From the human T2T-CHM13v2.0 reference genome, Homo sapiens: DNA of 64,000 nt. Below, in pieces: positions 51,382-64,000 of this stretch. Below the pieces are notes generated by a model. The model saw only the letters and a list, made by a program, of their open reading frames with translations, ran no database searches and was not told the origin of the DNA. Position 1 is the first letter of the stretch. Each line of letters begins with the position of its first letter. The translations under genes and the position numbers were made by a program. Where the stretch lies: the NCBI RefSeq assembly GCF_009914755.1, contig NC_060928.1. One strand, written 5' to 3'.

Positions 51382-51474
51382 CTTAAATGAAATGTAACCA
51401 AATATTTTTTATAAAACATCAATTCGGTTATACAAAGAAAACACTTCTACCAACTTTATAAAAAGTATACAAGA

Positions 51475-51767
<293 letters not shown>

Positions 51768-51879
51768 CATCCAAGAACTTAGAGATGCTAATAACTTTTT
51801 CCCCCATCTCCAAAATTCAACCATCATCCCCACATTTACCAGTGCCAGGCCTGTAATACGCTATATCCCCCAGTTACTA

Positions 51880-52570
51880 CCAAGAGTACACAAATATTTA
51901 CTGAGCACTCATTATGTACCAGGAACTTAAGATACAGCAGTGAATAAAAAAGACAAAATCCCTGCCCTCATGGAACTTAAAGTCTAGAAGAGGAAACAGA
52001 TATACAAATAAACAAATATACACTGTCAAGTTAAATGTTCTATGAATAAAAAGTAAAACAGGGTGAAAGAATTAAAGAGTGATGAAGGGTACTCTTTGAG
52101 ATAAGGTAGTGAGGGAATGCCTCTTTGATAAACAACATTTTAACGGAGGCCTGAAATGAAGATACCTCAGGCAAGAATATCTGGGCAATTAAAACTACAA
52201 ATGGAAAAGCCGAGACGGAAGTGTGCCTGGAGTTCAATGTGGCTGCAGCACAATGCGGAGGCGTGCCAGAAGAGTTCGGGTGAAAGAGGTAGGGGCCAAT
52301 TCCTGGAGGACTTTCTAGGCAATAGGAATAATTTTAGTCTTTATTATAGAACGGGAATCCACTGGAGAATTTTGAGAATAGTTTGTGACCCAACTTAAGG
52401 CCTGTCATTTGGAAAACACACTGCAGAGCGGGGAAAGTGAATGCAGGGAGACCACTTAGAAAGCTACTGCAGTTTCAGATGAGATACGGAAGGCTTGGAC
52501 TGTGGTGGTATTTGCAGAGGTAGTAAGTTGTCAGGTTCTAGCTATATATTGCAGGTGAACCATCTACTGA
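51880..52570 (-). mobile_element. L2 remnant
   Basis: aaatatttactgagcac...cctgccctcatggaactta...ggcttggact. Confidence 0.7.
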
Positions 52571-52750
52571 TATCTAACCATTCATTTAAGACCATAAATT
52601 CTTTGTTACATTTTATTTTTCTAAAAAGTTTCCACAAAACATCTGGCTTTAAATGTCTTTTTAAGCATTCATGACAACGTTTAGATAATTAGGAGCTCCA
52701 AAAATGTACCTCAAAAGGGCCTCAATAAATTTGTTTGCTTCAGTGACTCA

Positions 52751-52751
<1 letters not shown>

Positions 52752-52799
<48 letters not shown>
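52752..52799 (+). repeat. Pure A48 homopolymer
   Basis: Directly visible; not attached to an Alu. Confidence 0.95.
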
Positions 52800-52802
<3 letters not shown>

Positions 52803-52865
52803 TTTCGATTTGGCCTATAAACAAAAGAAATCCAATAAAAATGAAAATCTAAGAGACAAACATGA

Positions 52866-53690
52866 GGCCGGGCACGGTAGCACACACCTGTCATCCCAGT
52901 ACTTTGGGAGGCTGAGGCGGAGGATTGCTTGAGCCTGGGAATTCAAGATCAGCCTGGGCAACATAATGAGACTCCATCTCTACCAAAAAAAATTAGCTGG
53001 GGAGGCAGGCGGATCACTTCAGGTCAGGAGTTCAAGACCAGCCTGGTCAACATGGTGAAACCCCATCTCTACTAAAATTACAAAACTTAGCCGGGCGTAG
53101 CGGTGCGCGCCTGTAGTCCCAGCTACTCCGGAGGCAGAGGCAGAGGGTGCAGTGAGCTGAAATTGTGCCTCTGTACTCCAGCCTGGGAGACAGAGCAAGA
53201 CTCTGTCTCAAAAAAAAAAAAGAAAAAGAAAAATTAAGCTGGGCATGGTGGTGCAGGCCTGTAGCCCCAGCTACTCAGGAGGCTAAGGCAGTAGGAGGAT
53301 CGCTTGAGCCCAAGAAATGGAGGCTGCAGTAAGCCTCGATTGTACCACTGCACTCCAACCTGTCTCTAAAAAAAACTTTTTTAATACAATTGAAAATAGG
53401 CCAGGTGCAGTGGCTCACACCTGCAATCCCAGCACTCCGGGAGGCCGAGATGGGCGGATCATTTGAGGTCAGGAGTTCAAGACCAGCTTGGACAACATGG
53501 TGAGAGCCCGTCTCTACTAAAAACATAAAAATTAGCTGGGCGTGGTGGAGTATGCCTGTAATCCCAGCTATTTGGGCAGCTGAGGCAGGAGAATCACTTG
53601 AACTGGGAGGCGGAGGTCACAGTGAGCTGAGATTGCACCACTGCACTCCAGCCTGGGCGACAGAGTGAGACTCCCTCTCAAAAAAAAAAA
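52866..53690 (+). mobile_element. Nested Alu cluster: AluJ split by truncated AluS (about 53002-53230), then AluS (53399-53690)
   Basis: Duplicated linker aaaaatta(a)gctggg flanking the inner Alu. Confidence 0.85.
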
Positions 53691-54539
53691 TTTTTTTTAA
53701 ATAAAAGACAACCATGAAGACTAGGTCTTGGTGGGGATGGGGGACGGTTCACTGTATCAATTTGGTATGCAAAGCCACATATGAGTGGCTCCTATGTCCT
53801 CTCAACTGCTCCCTCATTCAACTATGAACATTTGCTAAAGGCCTTACGTCCCAGGCACTGTGTTATCCTTAGGTGGCTGCCATTTCAAACATGAAAGTAT
53901 CTAATGATATGTAAAAATCAAAAGGATTCAGCCTTACCTTCTAATTATTATATTTATATTAAAATGAAACTATAAATTTTGCAACACTTCACTCTTACAG
54001 GTTTCTGATTACTAAATGTAAAAAGTAACCCACTATTTAAAGCAAGCATGTAGTAGAAATCTCTGAGGATGCCAGTGCCCTTCACTACAAGCACATTTTC
54101 TCTAATAATTTACAGCTCACCCCTCCCTCCAAGGGCCTCCAAAAACCACAGATATATCCATTAGATGGCTCCACACTCTTGACCACAATCAGCTAGACCA
54201 GGAGTGAGCACTTCAGCAAGGTGGGGCCAACTTTATCCTTGATTTGCTCAACCAGTATGTACAAACCAAGGTGCAAAAGGTTTATTTCTACATTCAATGA
54301 GATAAGTTAGCAGGCTCCTAATAAATTTCCCCATTTTGCTTACACTAAAGTGTTTGCAACCGAAAGAGTTAAATTAAAACATACTTGTTTCACTTCTCTT
54401 CAACTATAGTCAATCTACCGTCAAGCTTTAATTAAAAATTTATCCATAACTCTTTCTAAAGCACATCCAAGGCCTGATACAATTAACAGATTTCAGTTCA
54501 ACCACGTTACAAAGAGTCAACAGACTAGGTTCAGTCATT

Positions 54540-54579
54540 CATATATATATATACACACACACACACACATATATATATA
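54540..54579. repeat. (TA)n(CA)n(TA)n microsatellite
   Basis: Directly visible. Confidence 0.9.
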
Positions 54580-55514
54580 TTCTCCCTACCTAACTACTGG
54601 TTCTTCTCTGCCTCTTTGCCAGACGGGAAAAAGGCTTTGCAAAAGGCTAGGTAACATCACCATTCCATTTATAACAGCCACGTGGATCACCCATAATAGT
54701 CCTAGTAACTAACCATTGAGAATATAATCTCAAAGTCCTTTCCTTTTCTCTAAAATAATTACACAATGATCATGGTATTATAGAAACTCAAATTTTTTTA
54801 ATACTTGACAGCTGACCAGCTATACCCAGTATATGTTAAATTTCTTATCTTATTAAATTTTATAATGTTTATTTGCTTTAAGTTCAACAATTGTACTTCT
54901 GGGCAAGAGGGAGTCCCTTAATGGAGAAAGAACAAACTTAAATTGTCTCTGAAATGATGGTGCTCTACTAGTTTCCTACCACCTTAAAAATGCCTAAAAT
55001 ACTAACATTCCATTTCCACTACACTTAGCCGTGCTTATAAGCAGTATGACAGAAAACCCCATAGCTGAGTGGGTGAGATCAACTACTATGGAGAGCAGAT
55101 TGTAACAGGGCAAGAAAAGGGGAAGACAAAAAGTAAATGACCACGTAGGCAAAGATGGCCTCAACAACCATAACAATGGCAGTACAAACAGAGAGATGTG
55201 AGTATTGTGTATAATATGGGAAAAAAAATAACCTAAATATCTATTAATATGTATACTCAACCATGTAACAAAATCTCTACAGCAATAAAAATTATAAAAA
55301 ATATCTATATTTGCTCATAGAAATATATTCATATGTTTACTAGGTGGCAAAAGCAGATGACATAACAGTATGTTTAATGACACTGTTTATCTATAGCTAT
55401 ATACATAACTTTTAAATTCACATTCTAAAATCTGAAAAGAATCAATAAAACATTAACAATTTTTATCTCTGATTAGGGAAATATGGGTAATTTTTATGTT
55501 TTTTTCACACCTTT

Positions 55515-55855
55515 TGATATGGCTTGGCTGTGCCCTTAACCCAAATCTCATCCTGAATTCCCACGTTATGGGAGGGATCCAGAGAAAGGTGAATGAATCA
55601 TGGGGACAGGTCTTTCCTGCGCTGTTCTCGTGATAGTGAATAACTCTCATGAGATCTGATGGTTCTATAAAGGGCAGTTTCCCTGCACAAGCTCTCTTCT
55701 CTTGTCTGCCGACACTTGAGACGTGCCTTTCACCTTCCACCATGATTGTGAGGTCCCCAGCCATGTGGAACTGTAAGTCCAATAAACCTCTTTCTTTTAT
55801 AAATTGCCCAGTTTTGGGTATGTCTTTATTAGCAGCATGAAATCGGACTAATACA
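55515..55855 (+). mobile_element. THE1 MaLR solo LTR
   Basis: tgatatggcttggctgtg...aataaacctctttc...ggactaataca; imperfect 5-bp TSD ccttt/ccctt. Confidence 0.9.
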
Positions 55856-56450
55856 CCCTTTTCTCCGTCTAATGTTTTACAACAAATTGAATACATCCTA
55901 GAACTCTCTGACCCCTTAGCTTTCAGAGTCAGTGCTTTAGTTTCTACCTCCTCTCCACTCTTCTTTGCTTACTTCTGTTCATTATTTATCAGCACCTCTG
56001 CTATTCTGTTGCTGGCTTCACAGACTTCATGGTATCTTTTTATTTACTATTAATAAGTTTTTATTGAGCATTAAACTACATGCCAAGAACTTTATAATAA
56101 ATTATCTTTAGTCAACTAGTCCTACCTCCTTATTCAATACATAGACCCCATTTTCTACATTTCTAACAAAAAAATAGACTAGACTTAAATACTTTCAAAA
56201 TCGAGCAATGTTAATTCACCTTCTTTCTTTAGCAAATAGCAAAATACTATACTCCTTAGGAAAGTTTTTCCTTATATTAAGTCAAAATACTTCCCTGTGA
56301 ATTCCACCTACTTTCCTTAATCTATCCGCTGAACAGGGAGAAAAAGTTTATCTACTTTTTCCACATTCAGCCTCTGAAGTCTGCCCTTATTTCTTCCTTA
56401 CGTCCCCTTCTCTATAAATAGTAAAACAGTTTCAAGCCAATCAACATTTA

Positions 56451-56627
<177 letters not shown>

Positions 56628-59600
56628 CTAAGTGCCCAGTGTAGCACCTAGCCATGTTACAGCCATTCAATAAATAAAAGTAGTATTCTCTGGGAAAAAC
56701 AGTGCTGAACCAGAAGTCTAGAAAACTAAAATTCTAACCTAAGTTTGACTTACTATTTTTAATTAACCATCTGGGTTTCACTGCGATCTTCTGTAAAATG
56801 TTGGACCAAACGAACTCTTAAGATTTTCCCCTTTACAATTTTATGACCCTATGGGTAGCCATATAGATTTTTTTAATATTATACACAATATTGGTAAAAA
56901 TGTGATGAGTTTGTACTAATAAAAACACTAATTATAAAAGTGTAAATTAGTGTGACTTTTCTAGAAAGTAATTTGGTAGAACACACCAGAACCTTAAAGA
57001 AGTTCATATCCTTTAGCATAGTAACTCTTGGAGATAATCAGAGGTGATGACAAATATTTGCATATAAATTTAGTCTAGTCATCACACTATTAGGAACATG
57101 AAAAGTATAAGCAACTGAAATGCTGAAATCGGGGAAATTTTTATATAAATTATGGTCTAACTATACAATGGACTCATGAAGCCATCAAAAATTAAGCCCA
57201 AATTTCGAGGCTGAAAAAAAAAAACCTCATGAAAATAGCAAAACGGCTGTCAAAAAAACAAAATACATCACTCTGTTCTTTTATGTGCACCCTAATGTTA
57301 TAGGTATAAACATCACCCCTAAAAGGGGAGGTTCTTGTTATGAGCCTCCTCTACCAGAGATCTCTTTACAATAGTGGAGGGTAACAGAGCCCTTCTCTGA
57401 ATACATGAATTTAAATTGAACAATGTCTTCAAGCTATAGATTTAAAAAATGTACTATAGCTAAACACAGGCATAATTTTATAAACATTTTTATAATTTCT
57501 AAGAAAAATTTAATTACACATGGCTCTCCAAAGAAAAAATATGGGAGTGTTCTATAAGATACTTCAAGTATGTTTTCATTGTGTTAAACAAAAAGTGCAA
57601 ATAAGGCTCCTTTTCTCTGTTAACTACAAAATAAACAGCTCTCTAGGCCCCTAGGAAGGTACGAGTAACTCTAGTAAAACACAGTTATGAAAAGAAAAAG
57701 GGAGGGTAATTCTCAAGGACTGGCTCTCTTGCTTTAATACCTATTTAGTGCCCCCTGATTTGCCAATTTCCCCATACTCCTTACAGTTATGAGAATAACA
57801 TTAAAAAAAGCAAATTCATGATCCTAAGCATTGAGATATTTCTCACAAATATAAGGGATTTCATATTTATTTTATAAATAAATATGGTACCCTATAAGCC
57901 ACAGGCATATCTGAAAACACTGTCATCTTGCCTTGATGAAACCAGAAAACTTGAAGAACGAGCAGTCCTACTGTTTCTCTACTATGACTTCTGAACTAGT
58001 TGTCTTAAAGTTCCTTTGCCCTTAACATTTTAAAGGCTATACCAATATATTATGGAAAGAAGACAAAACAGGCCAAGAAGACAACTAGCTGCTTCCAACA
58101 GACAGTGACTTAACAGGTGTTGCTGTGAGGATCCTCATGTAAAATAAATATTTTACAATCCTACACAGTGTGTAGAGATGAAACATTCCAAATAAAGTTG
58201 TAGTTGTTCTTTTTTAACATTTGTTCTTGTTTTCTAATAAGCTTAAATTGGATTCCGCCTCATAGGAAGCCAAAGGCAAACTATGTTCTCTTCTCCCCAG
58301 AAACTTACAATAAAATAATGATAAACAGATCTAAGTCAAATTGAGGAGAACTGGTTGAAAATCATGAACAATTGAACACTTAGATTTTCCCTCTAGGATA
58401 TCTGTCTTCTTGTAAAAACACCATTTATTTTTATTTATAGGCAACATAACCTCAAATGTGGTACGAACAACCAAGCAAACTAGCATTATCACATTATCCT
58501 ACACACAGCAGAGGAATTGCCTGGGAGAGAAGATTGCTTTAACACTCTGTGTTAGATACATTCATTTATTTAGAAGAATAACAAAAGAGAAATAAAAAAT
58601 GTGGGGGTCCATATAAAAATCTATTTAAAAGGCAAAAAGGAAAAAAGTCTAATTCTGGAATTCATACTGCTGAGAATCTGGCCTTTCCAAACAGATCTCT
58701 GAATTCTAATTCTGTGATTTTATTTTCTTTGGTCTAGAATACACAAAAAGCAAATTAATGAAGAGATCCAGTTACGGGGATTAAAATAATTTATTTAGCA
58801 ACAAAAACTAAAAAAGGAATCAAGGTGTTTAAAGCCTTTTTCTATAAAGTTTCTTTTCAATATTTCCTTGAGTCAAAAATCTAAACCATCATTTTGGTTT
58901 CAGAGACAGAAAAAGGTTCATGTATGTGCCAAGCCTTCAATAAATACTGGTTAAATTAAGTGGATGGAAGAGAAACTAAACATAGCACTTTTGCCCATTT
59001 ATGTGGTAAATCAGACATTCTATACATATCAGCATAAAATAAAACCCCTAAGACTGCTCATCTTCAATCAAGAAACCAGAGATCTCATGATTCACTACAA
59101 ATGAATCCTCTTAGAATCAAACAGAGTCAGTTATATTTTTAAAATAAACCTTATTTTATAATTCGTGGGGTCTAGTGAGGTAGCTGAGTAATGATAAATA
59201 AGAGAAAAAAGTACTGGCTTGAAATGTGATGTTATCCACCACACAGGTACCGAGTCCACTGGAATGCCTAAATAAGAAAAAGTGGGGGAAAGGCCTGGGC
59301 AGTTGGCCACAGGTACATTACCCAAAGCTTCTTACAATTCTAAGGCATAAAACGGGCAATATAAGGAAATCTGCCTGACCACAGAGTTAAGGGAGTGATT
59401 CTGCAATCGATGCAATTTCCCCACTGCCATTCACATACATCTTCCCCACACAAGAGGAGAGAACAGTGCTGGTCTCAGTACGAAAGCCAAGTATAAGTCA
59501 TTTTGTATATTATTTTATTATTATATATTGTATTGTATTAGTACTTAATGATATTTTCATCACATAATCCTACTTCCTTGGCATTCAGGAATACAGTCCT

Positions 59601-60202
59601 ATGTCTCTCACAGTTTCACAAGTGCCTGACAGTAAAGTACCTGTCACCAGAACAGTCTGTTCATTTTCAAAGATGCTTCGGAACCTCAGTATCTTAGTGT
59701 CTCATTATTTACTGTGCCCTTTTCAAATCTCCTTCCTCTCCATATGCCACTTAATTTTTTTCAGGTCCCATAATACACACTAATAAAAGAGAATTGAAGA
59801 ACAAATTACCAAAAAAGATTATAAGAAAGCATCTAGCTCTCATAAATATGTGCATTTGCAGATAAAATTGCTAAAGCACTATCAGTGACCTTTGAATCAT
59901 CATATAAAATAGAAGCCCCTGAAGATTAAAGAAATGAAGTCCTAATTGTCAAAAAAAGAGAAAGGCAGATCCACAACCACAGAACTACAGAAGACAGGTT
60001 TAGTGACAATGCTATACAGTAACATCATGAACTGGTCAGGAGCAGCATATGGCACTCAACTGAAGTAGACAAGGGCTCACTAAGCATAAACCAAGGCCTA
60101 AGCCTTCATTTATTCTGTGAGTTATCAGACTAGTAGGTGAAATGAATACTAAAAATGATATCTGGACTTAAAGTATCCACCAAATTCTCTTCTGATAAGA
60201 GG

Positions 60203-60400
60203 CAGGGTTTCTAACCTCCACGTTACTGACATTTGAAGCCGAGTAACTCTCTGTCCTGTGCATTGCGGGATGCTTAGTGGCATGCCTGGCCTCTGCCACT
60301 TACATGCCGTAGCATCCCCTAGTTGTGACAACCAAAAATGTCTCCAGATATTGCCAAAGGCCCCTCAGAAGGCAATATCACCCTTGGTTGAGAAACACTG
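60203..60400 (+). mobile_element. MER20 hAT DNA transposon
   Basis: cagggtttctaacct...gacaaccaaaaatgtctccagatattgccaaa...ggttgagaaacactg. Confidence 0.85.
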
Positions 60401-60739
60401 ATTTATGGCAAGATAGAGAAATACAAAACAATAGTCATTACTAAGATTCATAAGTAATTAGACAGTTATTCATAAGAAACTAAACAGCTATATCCAGGGT
60501 GCTGATGATGATTCAAAGCAAATTTTGAAAAAAACTTTATTTGTCCCTTAATGCTAAACAATTTTAATAATGATTCAGGAAGGAACACAAAGATAAATCT
60601 ATCAAATTTATAGAAGATATAAAACTAGATGACATGAAAAAATAAGTGTATGAGAGACATCCAAAGATCTAGATTCTTCTACTGGGCGGGAAGGAAGAAG
60701 GGAGGGTTAAGCCATTAAGTTATGAAAAAGCAAGCTGTA

Positions 60740-61035
<296 letters not shown>

Positions 61036-61080
61036 GAAAAAGCAAGCTGTAGAAATTTTACAATAAGATGCTACTCAAAT

Positions 61081-61082
<2 letters not shown>

Positions 61083-61126
<44 letters not shown>
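61083..61126. repeat. (GT)22 microsatellite
   Basis: Directly visible. Confidence 0.97.
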
Positions 61127-61128
<2 letters not shown>

Positions 61129-62059
61129 CATTTACTTAGGTAATTTAAAATTATTAATTTAAATCTCTCATCTTCAAAAATTCTAAATTTAGTTTCTTTT
61201 ATACAGAATTTTAGTGTACAAATTATTGATTTTTTAACAAGTATAATCAAAAAAATACAATACTCACTTGAAGGAAATTTTCTACCTTTATCACTCTAGG
61301 TTTCCCTGCAAACATCTAAGAGAAGCTCTCTATCATATACAGAATATATACCTATTTGTCTGATACACAAGACTATATGTCTCTAAAAGTTAGCAAAGAG
61401 AATGTTACACACATCCCCAAGAATATTTTCTGATACTATTTTCCAAAGTCACAAGTCACTCTTATTACATGGTAACCTGTCACCTAGAGAACACAACATC
61501 GCCAATTTTTTTCCCATTTAAACACTCCTCAAATAATTTTAACTTCAGGAGTACTAACTGCCTCCAGAATTATATGCACAATTAAAATTACCAGTCAAAC
61601 AATTCAAGACAGGAAAAACCCCCACCATTTTCGATCAAACAACAGGCCCTGATGAAACCGTAATAAAAGGTCAATCTTCGCCAAACAAGACTCAAGGTCT
61701 CTCACTTCATTAAACAGCTAAAAGTAAATATATTTACCCAGTACAACAAGTATTTGGGTTTTTACCAACCTTGAAGAACATTTTACTAGAGTCAATAGTT
61801 GGCTATAAAGATATTTATAAGCAGTTCTTTCCTTTTCCTGTAACTTGGGAAATTAATGTGGTTAAATTAGTTTTTAAAAATCAATAAATCCTAGTAGAAG
61901 ACAGATCTAATCAAAGTGATGATGAAAAATATTTCTCATGGAGTGAAACGGAAAGCCTAAAAATCCGTATAACAATAATCTAAAAAGCTAGCTGTATAAT
62001 AATATAAGCAAAAATACTTGAAACCTACATTTTTCCTAAATCTGTTTTTCATTGTTTAT

Positions 62060-63480
62060 AAAGCACTATGCAATAGAAGTAAAATGCAAGCCACATATAA
62101 AATTTCAAATTTTCTCACAGCCACATTTTTAAAAGTAGAAAGAAACAAGTGAAATTAATTTTAACTGTATATTTTATCTAACCCAATAGATCCAAATTAT
62201 TAGCATTTCAAAATGGGATCAATAATAAAAAATTAACAAGGTAGTTTACCTTTTTTGTGTAGGAAGTCTTTGAAATCGGTGTTGTTAAAATAAATTTTAT
62301 TGTATATATCTAAAGTATACAACATGATGTCAGGGGATACACAGATAGTAAAATAATTACTATAGTGAAGCAAATTAACATATCCATCATCTCACATAGT
62401 TACTCATTTTATTTTTGTGGCAAGAGCAACTAAAATGTACTAATTTAGCAGGAATCCCAAATACAGTACAACTTTATTAACTATAGTCCTCATGTTATAC
62501 ATTAGATCTCTGGACTTGTTCATCCCATGTATCTGCTACTTTGTAACCTCTAATCAATATCTCCCCATGTCCTCCCCAATGCCCCTGCAACCACTGTTGC
62601 ATTCTCTATTGACTTCTTTTTTAAGAGTCCGCATTATAAGTGAGATCATGCAATATTCTTCTTTCTGTGCCTGACATTTCACTTAACATAATGTCCACCG
62701 GGTTCACACATGCTGTGGCAAATGACAGAATCTCCTTTTTTTTTTAAAGCCAAATAATATTCCATTATTACATATACCGCAATTCCTTCATCCATCCACC
62801 ATGTGACACTTAAGTTGTTTCCATATCTTGGCTATTGTGCATAATGCTGCAATGAATATGGGATTGCACATAACTTTCTGAGGTGGTGATTTCATTTCCT
62901 TTAGGTATATGCCCAGAAGAGAGACTGCTGGGTCATATGGTGGTTTTATTTTTAATTTCATTGGGCTCCTCCATGCTGTTTTCCAAAATGGCTGCACCAA
63001 TCTACATTCCCACCAATGGTGTATAGGTTCCCTTTTCTGCACACCCTGAATAACGTTTGTTATCCCTTTACTCTTTGATAATAGCCATCCTAACGAGTGA
63101 GGTGTTATCGCACACTGGTTTCGGTTTGCATTTCCCTAAGGATTAATGATATTAAGCACTTTTTCATATACCTGTTGGCCACTTTTATGCATTCTCTGGA
63201 GAAATGTCTATTCAGGTCCTTCACCCATTTTTAAATTTGATTGTTTGTTTTTCTATTGAATTGTATGAATTATTCATACATTGTAGATATCATCCCCTTA
63301 TCAAATATATGATTTGCAAATTTTTTCCCAATCTGTAGGTTGTCATTTCATTTTGTTGACTGTTTCCTTTGCTGTGTCAAATCTGTGTGTATTTCACATT
63401 TACAGCATTCTCAATTCAGGCTAAAAGCACATTTCAAGCGCTCCATAGCCACAAATAACTAGTAGTTCCCATACGAGACC
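62060..63480 (+). mobile_element. MER33-like element split by an L1MA insertion
   Basis: aaattttct...agccacatttt...gaaatcggtgt, resuming at aaatctgtgtgtatttcac...catttcaagcgctccatagccaca. Confidence 0.65.
62290..63378 (-). mobile_element. L1MA 3' end
   Basis: ORF2 C-terminal-like peptide at 62788-63042 and L1MA 3'UTR (ttaactatagtcctcatgttatacattagatctc). Confidence 0.85.
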
Positions 63481-63629
63481 ACACAAATCCATAACATAAG
63501 TGGGCCAAATATCATTTCCAAATTTCTAAAGCTCAATTACAAAATCAACAGAAAGCCCTAAGTAACTAAACAAATACAAAATGTCTTTAAAGGCAGATGT
63601 AGGCTTATAAGAAAGTCAAAATATAAGAA

Positions 63630-63840
63630 TAACAGTTAATATTTATTGAGCATTTACTATTTTAGACCCTAAGTCAGACCCTATTTTAAATGCTTTTCAA
63701 GCATTATCTCATTTGATTATCACAAAGGCTGCTGATGCAGGTACTAGCGATGTCTCCATTTTACATATAAGTAAACTAAAACACAAGGAAAGTTAAGTAA
63801 ACAAGGCCATGCTTTTAAACAGTATACATGCTATGCCGCA
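63630..63840 (-). mobile_element. MIR remnant
   Basis: atttattgagcatttactat...ctccattttaca...aagttaagtaa. Confidence 0.6.
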
Positions 63841-64000
63841 AGAAAAATGCCAATAGAACCAAAGGTTGTTTTTAAAGTCAGAATACAGAAGATAGGAAAA
63901 GATAAAGTATGCAATAATGAAGAAAAAATTCTATCTTTTGGAATTAACAGGTTTTTTAAAACTGAATCATGTCATATGACACTTTTTCACAAGAAGCTCC

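Noticed and set aside
55453-55896. 147-aa ORF
   Set aside because: Reads through the THE1 LTR; a typical repeat-derived ORF.

Overview
This is human (primate) genomic DNA at the WDR19/RFC1 locus (4p14 from recall). It is not a prokaryotic region: there is no CRISPR array, rRNA or tRNA. The + strand carries the last three coding exons and the non-coding last exon of WDR19 (IFT144), ending near 9.45 kb. The - strand carries 21 consecutive exons of RFC1 (exons 5-25 by recalled numbering). All have GT-AG boundaries and consistent phases, and together give 3116 nt of CDS. RFC1 converges tail-to-tail with WDR19. The introns are rich in Alu, L1, L2, MIR, MaLR/ERV LTRs and DNA transposons, and nearly all other ORFs in the track are repeat-derived or shadow ORFs. 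The most notable observations are: (1) a young full-length U6/L1 chimeric retrocopy whose junction is a perfect 8-bp hairpin, suggesting base-pair-guided chimera formation; (2) an Alu whose target-site duplication (TSD) copied the RFC1 exon 9 splice donor; (3) three tandem MIU-like ubiquitin-binding motifs in RFC1 exons 6-7; (4) an unidentified 3'UTR retrocopy with a TSD; (5) a solo LTR nested in an AluY-like element, with a candidate antisense exon downstream; and (6) a likely L1-derived branch point for exon 20. The CANVAS repeat (intron 2) lies outside this window. Exon numbers and repeat subfamilies are from recall and by-eye comparison, not from database searches.
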